Assembly (NCBI RefSeq): GCF_002087085.1
Contig: NZ_MWQY01000012.1
Location: 62,001 to 126,000, forward strand
Direction of reading: 5' to 3'
Length of the DNA: 64,000 nt
The notes under the pieces are model-generated. The model was given only the letters and a program-made list of their open reading frames with translations, was not told the origin of the DNA and made no database searches. This document shows positions 56,332 to 64,000 of this stretch, in pieces. Position 1 is the stretch's first letter. Each line of letters begins with the position of its first letter. The translations under genes and the position numbers were made by a program.

Positions 56332-57741
56332 TTACCGCACCTCCCCGGACTCGAGCATCTCCACAGCCCGCTGAAGAACCTTGTCGAACTCCAGGTCGTA
56401 GACCGGAGGAAAATCCATGCGGCGGTTGTATTCGCTGCGGACAAGAAAACGTATGTCCCGTTCATCGAGACTGATCCCCTGGTTCCGGAGTCTGTCGATA
56501 AAGGCGTCTACCTTCTCCGGGTCTTCCCGGGGATTCTCCTCCACAAAGGAAACGATGGTGTTGTTTTCGAATATCTGCTGCAGAGACGCCTGTTCCTCTT
56601 CACTCAGTTCTTCCGGGGGTATACCCAGATCCGGCTCTACTCCGACCTCATCCACGCTGATACCCGCCGGGGTGTAGTAGCGGGCAATGGTCAGTTTGAA
56701 TCCGGTTTCTCCGAACTCTCTGACCCATTGAACGGATCCCTTGCCGTAGGTGGTTTCACCGATCAGGTATCCCCGGCCGGAATCCTTCATGGCACCGGCA
56801 AAGATCTCCGACGCAGATGCGGATCCCTTGTCCACCAGCACAATTACCGGTACCGTCTCCGGGATTTCCGTGGAAGAATCCGCGGTAAAGCGCTTGTTTT
56901 CGCTGGGAATCCGGGAACGGGTACTTACGATAGTCCCGGAATCGAGAAAGAGGTCCGCCACATCGACGACGGAATCAAGCAGACCGCCGGGGTTTCCCCT
57001 GACGTCGACGATAATGGACCGGTATCCCCGCTCTTCAAAGAAGTCGAAGGCCTCCCGTACCCTGTCGTCGGTATAGGGGGTCCAGTCGACGATGCGGAGG
57101 TACGCGATAGTGCCGATCATATCCTGCTTTATGGTGGGAACCTCGATAATCGCCCTGGTAATGGTAACATCAAAACTGATGGAATCCCGTCTGAGGATCT
57201 TAACCTTAACCTCTGTTCCCGGGGGGCCTTTCAGCTTGTCCACGACCTCGTCCAGGGTCAGTTCTTCGGTGGATTCTCCTTCCACGGCAGTGATATGGTC
57301 CCCGGCATGGATGCCGGCCCGGTACGCCGGGGCCCCTTCAATGGGCGAGACAACCTCGACGTACTGTGGATAGGGCCGCCGGGGGGTGGGTTCCAGCTCC
57401 AGGGAAGGATCCGGCTTGGATATGATCAGACCTACGCCGCCGAAGCGTCCGGTGGTGGTGTTGCGGAGCAGCCGCATATCGTTTTTCGTCAGGTAGACCG
57501 AATAGGGATCGTCGAGGCTTTCAAAAAGTCCCTTGATGGCTCCCATGTAGAGGGTTTCCGGGTCTATTTCCTCCACGTAGTTATCCTGTACGTATCTGAA
57601 CAGAAAATTGAACATGTTCAGGTATTCCTGGGTATTCTCGGTCTGGGATTCCGCTGTCAGAACCGGGTTTGACAGGGCAGAAAACGAGATAAAAACCGCC
57701 AGGACGGTGGCCATGATCAGCAGTACAGGTTTCAGTTTCAT
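56332..57741 (-). CDS. ctpA: C-terminal processing peptidase S41 with PDZ domain
   Basis: LDDPYSVYL, GRFGGVG, PAYRAGI, DVRGNPGG, SASASEI, TYGKGSVQ. Confidence 0.92.
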   Translation of the reverse strand: MKLKPVLLIMATVLAVFISFSALSNPVLTAESQTENTQEYLNMFNFLFRYVQDNYVEEIDPETLYMGAIKGLFESLDDPYSVYLTKNDMRLLRNTTTGRFGGVGLIISKPDPSLELEPTPRRPYPQYVEVVSPIEGAPAYRAGIHAGDHITAVEGESTEELTLDEVVDKLKGPPGTEVKVKILRRDSISFDVTITRAIIEVPTIKQDMIGTIAYLRIVDWTPYTDDRVREAFDFFEERGYRSIIVDVRGNPGGLLDSVVDVADLFLDSGTIVSTRSRIPSENKRFTADSSTEIPETVPVIVLVDKGSASASEIFAGAMKDSGRGYLIGETTYGKGSVQWVREFGETGFKLTIARYYTPAGISVDEVGVEPDLGIPPEELSEEEQASLQQIFENNTIVSFVEENPREDPEKVDAFIDRLRNQGISLDERDIRFLVRSEYNRRMDFPPVYDLEFDKVLQRAVEMLESGEVR

Positions 57742-57842
57742 GGTGCCTCCTCTATAGATCCTCTATAGAATAGTGTAGCCATTATCGCAAAGAAAATCAC
57801 CTCCTGAAAGCCTCTTAGCCCTTCAACCTTGACTGGTCCAAC

Positions 57843-57871
57843 TTGACTGGCGTAAGTGCTGTACGTACAAT
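57843..57871 (+). promoter_or_regulatory. Sigma-70 promoter, likely producing a leaderless transcript
   Basis: TTGACT-17 bp-TACAAT, 7 nt before ATG 57879. Confidence 0.65.
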
Positions 57872-57878
57872 CGATACT

Positions 57879-58352
57879 ATGATGCGACGTCCCTGGCTGT
57901 TTCTCGGTGAATTTGTATGGGAAATCCTGCGCCTGGCGCTGGTTTTCAACCTGGTTGTGTTACTTGCCAACCGGGAAGGTTTTTTTGATACCGCTGCTCT
58001 CCTGTTTCTGCTGGGTATTCCCGGAACAATCTACCCCGTCGGGATCCTGGCCCTCTTTTTCGAGCCGGACAACTCAAGCCTCCGCATGATCCTTGCCCTG
58101 GGCAAGGGCCTGATGGTTTTAACTGAAGCTGTTTTACTGGGACTCGTTTCTGTTCTGGGGACCTTTCTCTCCCAGGTATTTCCTGCTCTTCTTTCACTGC
58201 GGCTCCCGGCATCCCTTGGTCCTGCGATTCTGATTCTGCTTGTCGCCGATTTGCTTTTCTTCTTCCTTCTGTTATTATTTAAAACGTCCCTCTCCGGGTC
58301 CGGAGAAAGGGGCATTCCCGAACCGCCGATCGTGGAAATCAAGGAGGAGTAG
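57879..58352 (+). CDS. Hypothetical membrane protein
   Basis: Four hydrophobic segments; stop abuts the next ATG. Confidence 0.6.
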   Translation: MMRRPWLFLGEFVWEILRLALVFNLVVLLANREGFFDTAALLFLLGIPGTIYPVGILALFFEPDNSSLRMILALGKGLMVLTEAVLLGLVSVLGTFLSQVFPALLSLRLPASLGPAILILLVADLLFFFLLLLFKTSLSGSGERGIPEPPIVEIKEE

Positions 58353-59495
58353 ATGCAGGTTTTGCCAATAGCAAGCGGTAAAGGCGGAGTCGGCAAGTCT
58401 CTGGTTGCGACGAACCTGTCCATCGCCCTGGCCCAGGCGGGAAAGCAGGTCGTGCTGGCGGATCTTGACCTCGGTGCCTCCAATATTCACCTGGTCCTGG
58501 GCCTGGGATCGGTCCGGGAGGGCATAGGAACCTATCTGGAGAATCCCGGAAAAAAGATTAACGATGTTGTCATCGATTCAGGTTACGAAAACCTGCGTTT
58601 TATTCCCGGAGATGCAGAAATCCCCGGTATTGCGAATATTAAGACTTCCCAGAAAAGGAAGCTCCTGAAGGACCTTGGGTCCCTGGACGCGGATTACCTG
58701 ATAATGGACCTGGGGGCGGGAACGAATAATAATATCCTCGATTTTTTCCTTTACTCAGGGCAGGGAATTGTGGTTACCGCTCCAACCCTGACGGCGACCT
58801 TGAACGCCTATCTTTTTCTGAAGAATGCCATTTTCCGGATCATGAGCAACTCCTTCAAACGTAATTCCGCCGCCTGGGACTACCTGGACAAACTGCGGCA
58901 GGATGGGCAGTCCCTGCAGAAGGTCTATGTCCCCAAGCTGCTTGAGCGGATGAGCGCCGAGGATCCGGAAGGATTTGAGGTTTTCGAACGCAAGATGAGT
59001 CTTTTCCATCCCGGTCTCATCATGAACATGCTGGATGATCCCAAGGAGGGTGTCCGGGCACAGAAGATCCGGCGCTCCTGCAAGGAGTACCTTGGTCTGG
59101 ATCTTGAACACCTGGGAATAATCTACCGTGATCATCTGCAGGATGTAGCCCTGAACTCCCGGCTGCCTATTATTGCCTATAAACCTCAGACGGTCCTTTC
59201 CCAGGCCATCTATCGTATTGCCGACAAGATTCTGCAGCAGGAGGGGGAAAACACCGGTCCCCTGGACTATATGACCCTGGATGACTCCTATTTAACCGCC
59301 GAACTTGAGGCGGAAATAGATTTTGACGCCAGGGTTTTTGAGATGGAGGGGATGCTCAATTCCGGCGCCCTCTCCTATGGGGATCTGGTGGAAACCATCA
59401 AATCGCAGCAGTATGAGATTTCCCAGCTGCGTAAAGAGAATGCTCTTTTAAAAAAGAAGATAGTAAGCCTGATGCAGGACAGACAGGATTTTTAA
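58353..59495 (+). CDS. MinD/FlhG-like P-loop ATPase with C-terminal coiled coil
   Basis: Deviant Walker A SGKGGVGKS, DLDLGASN, DLGAG. Confidence 0.85.
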   Translation: MQVLPIASGKGGVGKSLVATNLSIALAQAGKQVVLADLDLGASNIHLVLGLGSVREGIGTYLENPGKKINDVVIDSGYENLRFIPGDAEIPGIANIKTSQKRKLLKDLGSLDADYLIMDLGAGTNNNILDFFLYSGQGIVVTAPTLTATLNAYLFLKNAIFRIMSNSFKRNSAAWDYLDKLRQDGQSLQKVYVPKLLERMSAEDPEGFEVFERKMSLFHPGLIMNMLDDPKEGVRAQKIRRSCKEYLGLDLEHLGIIYRDHLQDVALNSRLPIIAYKPQTVLSQAIYRIADKILQQEGENTGPLDYMTLDDSYLTAELEAEIDFDARVFEMEGMLNSGALSYGDLVETIKSQQYEISQLRKENALLKKKIVSLMQDRQDF

Positions 59496-59527
59496 TCCTG
59501 CCAGGCTGGGACAGGTAAGAGAGAAGA

Positions 59528-62482
59528 ATGGCGGCGAAGGCAGATTCTGGAGCTTTTCAATTAATTGTTGATGAAACAAAACTATCCGCCGGTATACGAT
59601 TCACCCCCCGGGCTGAAGGTGCCGAATATTCTGCCGAGGATCTCAGGAACTTTCTGACTGCCCAGGGAATACGTCAGGGAATTGACAATAAGGCCCTGTC
59701 CGAAGCCGCTGCACGTTTTTCCGAAGGGGAGGAGTCGGAAGCCGGAATGCTTGCCCTGGGGGAAGCCCCCCGGGATCCGGAACCGGCGCGGTATGAGTGG
59801 GAGGATCTTCCGGTCCCGGAGGATCTGAAATACGAGGCTTCTCTCGTGCTGGATAATGCCCCTCCTCCCGAAATTTTTCAGACCAGGACGGAAAAGGTTA
59901 AACGGCACAGGACGGTCCGAAAAAAAGGGCTTCTTCCTTTTATGCCTGTCAAAGAGAAGACCGTCGAAGTTGTAGAAAAGCTTGAAAAACAGGAAAAGGT
60001 TTATGTCGATCCCCGCGTTCTGGCTTTCGGCTGGTGTGAAAAGGATGCACGCATAGGAACCGTTCAACCCGGGAAGCCCGGGACACCGGGGGTCAATGTT
60101 TTCGGTCAGGCACTGCCTCCTAAAGTCGACAGCCGGTCCTTTTTCTGCGGCCAGGGGATACACCTGGAGAAGGGAACCTTGGTTGCCGGAGATTCCGGTT
60201 TCTTTCGCCGGGGAGATAACTGGATAGATCTTGTTCCCTATACCCTGCATCAGTGGGATGTCTCCCTCTCAGAAGACCGAAATACCTGTTATCTGGACTT
60301 CAATCCCGGATTCAAGGATGCGGCTCCCCCCGCGGCGGAGGATATTGTACACGCAGCCGTGGAACTGGGATATCCAAAGGAAAAGCTCCTGGCAAGTCAG
60401 GATATCCAGAACATGATTGCCGAAGCCGTAAAAGCCGGAACGGCCCTGAGAAAGCAGGGAATCTCCGTGGATGAAGACGGCTGGTTCGCTGTTCGGGTCT
60501 CCGAGGATAAACTGAAGGCACACCTTTCCATACGCAAACGCCGGGGAGGTGGCAAGCCCCTGGTTTTGAAAGAGGTCGGCGCGGCCATTGTCCAGGCAGG
60601 GTTCAAGGGGCTGGATAAGCCTGCGGTTCAGGCGGCTATCATGGAGTTTTACCGCGGTCCAGAGGCTGAAATGCGGGACTATGTTCTGGTGGAGGGAAAA
60701 GCCCCGCTTGCCGGCGATGACGAGAGTTTTTCGTTAAAGGTTACTTCCCTGGCCCAGGCGGATATGTCCGCCATTATCGGGCGGGCCGAACAGCTGCGCA
60801 GGGACGGGCTGATCGACCTGGAATCCTGGAACATCTTCCCCCCGGAGAAGGTCGAAAAGATGGCCCTTGTACGGGCAGAGCAGCTCGTGGGAGAGATAGT
60901 CAAAGGGAAGAACGGCGAGGCGGGAACCGATGTTTTCGGTGCCAGGATCGAAGCTCCAGCCGGAAAGAAGGCGCCTCTTCACGTCTGTGAGGGACTGCGC
61001 ATAGAGAAGAACCTTATTGTGGCCGAGTCCGACGGAGTTCTGGAGATCGGCGAACAGGATGGTACTACCTACCTGCGTCATCACCCTCATAAAAGCGCAT
61101 CGGTGTCTGTACGACTCTCCGAGGACCGGATGAAGGCCGTATTGACGGTCAGCCCTGTGGAAGGGACAGGTTTTCCCGCCACGGAGGAGGATATCCGGGA
61201 GGCCCTTAAGAAAGCCGGGGTGAGTCAGGGGATTGATGAGGAACTCTGTGCGCGGGTCTGTGCCCGGACCTCCCGGGGAGAGGCTGTAAGCGATATGGTC
61301 GTGGCGCGGGGAAGAGCCCCCCGGGATGCAGGCAGGGTGGAGGTAGACTTTAAAATCGACTTCGCCAGTGGAAAAGGGGTAACCATAAACAAGAAAGGGC
61401 AGGCGAATTATCGCAGCCAGGACCGCATGACCACCGTCAATGAGGGGGATTTGATCGCCGAGGTGCGGGTTCCCCAGGGGGAATCGGAACCCGGCTGGGA
61501 TGTAACCGGTAAAACCCTGAACTCCCGCGAGCTGAAGCAGATTCCCCTGGAAGCGGGGGAGCATGTCGAGGTCCGGGAGGAGGAAGCCGGGCTAACCCGA
61601 TTTTACGCTTCCGCTTCCGGAGAACTTATCCGGGAAAAGAACCTCATCAGTGTGCGCAATGTCTATACCATCGCCGGTGACGTGGATATGAAGACGGGTA
61701 ATATAAAGTTCTCGGGTCCGGTCCAGATCAAAGGCTCGGTAATGCCGGGTTTCGTTGTCTTTTCCACCGGTGACGTGCAGATCGGAGGGCTCGTGGATGC
61801 GTCTCTGGTTTCCTCAGAGGGCTCCATATACATCGGGCACGGGGTCAAGGGAGGGGGAAAGGCCGTGCTGCGGTCGAAAAAGAACGTATATGCCGGTTTT
61901 ATCGAGCAGGGACATGTAATGGCCGTGGGAGATATCGTCGTTAAGAACTCCTGCCTGCGTTCCTCCCTTCGCTGCAACGGCAAACTGGTTTTGAAAACCG
62001 ACAAGGGAAACCTGAACGGGGGAATAGTCAAAACCCGGCAGGGAGCGGAGGTCCAGAACCTGGGAAACCCGAACGGTGTAAAGACCCAGGTCTCCTTCGG
62101 CCAGGATTATCTGGTAGCCGACCGCATTCAGGTGGAGGAGAAAGAGATTACCCAGACCCGGGACAAGGTAATAAAGCTGGATTCAATATTGAACCGGCTG
62201 GAAAAGGCGGGGGAGACGGAAAAACTCCATCGGGCCCGGCAGGAAAAGCTGAAGTTTATCAAGCTTATTGAAAAGCGCAGCCTGCGTCTTTTTACCCTGC
62301 GGGAAAAGTATGAAGAACACTACCCCTCCGAGGTGGTTGTGCGGGGCAGCCTGTATCCGGGGGTGGTGTTCGAGAGCCACGGCCGCTATTACGAGGTGGA
62401 CAAAGCCGAATCCGGGGTCGTGGTTTTCTTCGATTCCAGGGTGGGCAAGATCCAGAAAAAGCCGATCAGTAAAGAGGAGTAG
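59528..62482 (+). CDS. FapA/DUF342-family flagellar assembly protein with repeated N-terminal modules
   Basis: Repeated S.D.(L/M)KA.L..GI..G..P modules; G.DV.G; GDVDMKTGNIKF.G.V.I.GSV. Confidence 0.82.
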   Translation: MAAKADSGAFQLIVDETKLSAGIRFTPRAEGAEYSAEDLRNFLTAQGIRQGIDNKALSEAAARFSEGEESEAGMLALGEAPRDPEPARYEWEDLPVPEDLKYEASLVLDNAPPPEIFQTRTEKVKRHRTVRKKGLLPFMPVKEKTVEVVEKLEKQEKVYVDPRVLAFGWCEKDARIGTVQPGKPGTPGVNVFGQALPPKVDSRSFFCGQGIHLEKGTLVAGDSGFFRRGDNWIDLVPYTLHQWDVSLSEDRNTCYLDFNPGFKDAAPPAAEDIVHAAVELGYPKEKLLASQDIQNMIAEAVKAGTALRKQGISVDEDGWFAVRVSEDKLKAHLSIRKRRGGGKPLVLKEVGAAIVQAGFKGLDKPAVQAAIMEFYRGPEAEMRDYVLVEGKAPLAGDDESFSLKVTSLAQADMSAIIGRAEQLRRDGLIDLESWNIFPPEKVEKMALVRAEQLVGEIVKGKNGEAGTDVFGARIEAPAGKKAPLHVCEGLRIEKNLIVAESDGVLEIGEQDGTTYLRHHPHKSASVSVRLSEDRMKAVLTVSPVEGTGFPATEEDIREALKKAGVSQGIDEELCARVCARTSRGEAVSDMVVARGRAPRDAGRVEVDFKIDFASGKGVTINKKGQANYRSQDRMTTVNEGDLIAEVRVPQGESEPGWDVTGKTLNSRELKQIPLEAGEHVEVREEEAGLTRFYASASGELIREKNLISVRNVYTIAGDVDMKTGNIKFSGPVQIKGSVMPGFVVFSTGDVQIGGLVDASLVSSEGSIYIGHGVKGGGKAVLRSKKNVYAGFIEQGHVMAVGDIVVKNSCLRSSLRCNGKLVLKTDKGNLNGGIVKTRQGAEVQNLGNPNGVKTQVSFGQDYLVADRIQVEEKEITQTRDKVIKLDSILNRLEKAGETEKLHRARQEKLKFIKLIEKRSLRLFTLREKYEEHYPSEVVVRGSLYPGVVFESHGRYYEVDKAESGVVVFFDSRVGKIQKKPISKEE

Positions 62483-62486
62483 GTTT

Positions 62487-63431
62487 ATGTCACTACCGCT
62501 GGCCTATCTGCAGTTTCCCGACTGGATATCTCCGGTCATTTTACCCGGCCTGCCCTTTCGCTGGTACGGCCTCATGTATCTCCTTGCCTTCGGGACCGCC
62601 TACCTCCTGGTGCGGTATCAGGTTCGAAGGGAGGAGCCGAAACTCTCCACTGATATTGTGGCGGACCTCTTTTTCTGGATAATCCTCGGCCTGCTTCTGG
62701 GTGGACGCCTGGTTTCTACCCTGATTTATGATACTTCCGGTATCTACTGGGTCAAACCATGGCTGATTTTCTGGCCCTTCGATGAATCCATGCGCTTTGT
62801 GGGGCTTCAGGGGATGTCCTACCATGGCGGCCTGCTGGGCGGAACCATCGGAGGAGTCCTTTTTTGCCGTCGCAGGGGGCTCTCTCCCTGGCTCTGGGCA
62901 GACAGGATTGCCCTGGCTGTCCCCCTGGGGTATACCTTCGGACGTCTGGGCAACTTCATCAACGCCGAGCTCTACGGCCGTGTTACCAGCGCCCCCTGGG
63001 GGATGGTCTTTCCCGGGGCCCCGGAATTTCCCCTCTCCGTCGACTGGGTGGCCGCCATGAGCCGCGAACTGGGTCTGGCAGCGGAGGGAGGCGTAAATCT
63101 GCCCCGGCACCCGAGCCAGCTGTACGAGGCTTTCGGTGAGGGGGTCCTTCTCTGGCTCTTTCTCTGGTTCATCATCCGGAAGCGAAAGAGTTTTAACGGA
63201 TTTATAATGGGGTGGTATCTGATAGGGTACGGGGCTGTCCGCTTTGTAATTGAATACTTCAGGCAGCCCGACAGCAACCTGGGCTTTATAGTCGAACTGG
63301 GTTCTCCCCATTCCATCTATCAGACCGGAAGTTTCCTGAATTTCACCATGGGACAGCTCCTGTGCACTCTGATGATTCTTGCCGGGGCAGGGGTCCTGAT
63401 TTTCGCCGGACATCGCTCCCGGAAATCCTGA
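62487..63431 (+). CDS. lgt: Prolipoprotein diacylglyceryl transferase
   Basis: RWYGLMY, GGRL, GMSYHGG, GRLGNFINAELYGR, RHPSQLYE, RFVIEYFRQPD. Confidence 0.95.
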   Translation: MSLPLAYLQFPDWISPVILPGLPFRWYGLMYLLAFGTAYLLVRYQVRREEPKLSTDIVADLFFWIILGLLLGGRLVSTLIYDTSGIYWVKPWLIFWPFDESMRFVGLQGMSYHGGLLGGTIGGVLFCRRRGLSPWLWADRIALAVPLGYTFGRLGNFINAELYGRVTSAPWGMVFPGAPEFPLSVDWVAAMSRELGLAAEGGVNLPRHPSQLYEAFGEGVLLWLFLWFIIRKRKSFNGFIMGWYLIGYGAVRFVIEYFRQPDSNLGFIVELGSPHSIYQTGSFLNFTMGQLLCTLMILAGAGVLIFAGHRSRKS

Positions 63432-63437
63432 TTCTTA

Positions 63438-63475
63438 TCGGGGATTCCCCGATGCCAGGATAGGGGAATCCCCGA
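63438..63475. terminator. Perfect 13-bp hairpin after lgt
   Basis: TCGGGGATTCCCC-N12-GGGGAATCCCCGA; the T tract is on the minus strand side. Confidence 0.55.
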
Positions 63476-63569
63476 AAAACAGTCTCAAGAATCCCTGATT
63501 GCGGGTTCGTGCTTTCCGCGTGATTATTGATCTGAGATCAGACCAATTTGGTTGCGCAGGAGCATGATC

Positions 63570-64000
63570 ATGATGAATACGGCACAGGTTTCCCGGATTG
63601 AGAATGATGACTATTATGGCATCGACAGCGATCCCCTGGCCCTCTATCTGCGGCAGATTGCCGGATACCGCCTTCTCAGTAAGGCTGAAGAACTCAAGCT
63701 CGGGAAGGACATCGTGGAGCTTCGAGGACAGATAAAAAGCCTGGATAATGATCTGAGCCGCGGTACTATTGATTCTGCGGATTATCGTGCCCTTCGGAAT
63801 TCCCTTGAGGCTGAGCTTGGGCTTCTGAAAAACCGCATGATAACATCTAACCTGCGGCTTGTGGTCTCCATCGCGAAGAGGTATCAGCACCGGGGTTTGA
63901 GCCTGCTGGACCTTATCGACGAAGGCAATATCGGTCTCATCGAGGCGGTTGAACGCTTTGATTATACCAGGGGCTGCAAATTCTCCACCTACGGCACGTG
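63570..64000 (+). CDS. Sigma-70 family RNA polymerase sigma factor (RpoD/RpoS-like, no region 1.1), 3'-truncated by the window edge
   Basis: Not in the ORF track. Manual translation gives [21 protein letters not shown]...[50 protein letters not shown] (regions 1.2-2). AGGAG RBS upstream. Confidence 0.92.
   Translation, partial: MMNTAQVSRIENDDYYGIDSDPLALYLRQIAGYRLLSKAEELKLGKDIVELRGQIKSLDNDLSRGTIDSADYRALRNSLEAELGLLKNRMITSNLRLVVSIAKRYQHRGLSLLDLIDEGNIGLIEAVERFDYTRGCKFSTYGT

Noticed and set aside
63435..63890. 151-aa minus-strand ORF
   Set aside because: It is antisense to the sigma factor gene that runs off the window end on the plus strand.
1..64000. tRNA, rRNA, prophage, intact transposase or integrase genes
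   Set aside because: None recognised by eye or in the ORF translations; a covariance-model scan would be needed to exclude small RNAs.

Overview
Bacterial chromosomal window, probably from a free-living spirochaete (inferred from the gene set: FapA/DUF342, STAS-zinc-ribbon protein, Asp-type MurA, Wzi-like outer-membrane proteins). About 2.7-34 kb is a large mosaic surface-glycan locus. It has an ABC flippase, many glycosyltransferases, a UDP-L-QuiNAc/L-FucNAc-type pathway in a strongly AT-rich block, a nonulosonate (KDN/Neu-9-phosphate-type) module, a WecA-like initiator and two Wzi-like proteins. It is interrupted by a phytase and two toxin-antitoxin pairs. 34-40 kb is a LacI-controlled ribokinase / nucleoside hydrolase / ECF transporter operon with two perfect operators. 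40-64 kb is mostly housekeeping: thrC, aspartokinase, murA, regulators, rsmE, a CtpA-like protease, a MinD/FlhG-like ATPase, FapA, lgt and a truncated sigma-70 factor. The strongest unexplained structure is a pair of dispersed intergenic repeat families, both built on a 9-bp period: family A, WTGGAACAAAGAT-N6-GAT-N6-GAT (9 copies), and family B, CCACRGAG-N5-GAG-N6-GAG (about 12 copies). They co-occur at four intergenic loci in nested direct and inverted arrangements, three of which flank small accessory cassettes. A second notable signal is a phased DnaA-box cluster at 50.5-50.75 kb with no dnaA gene in the window. All calls come from reading the sequence and ORF translations; no database searches were run.
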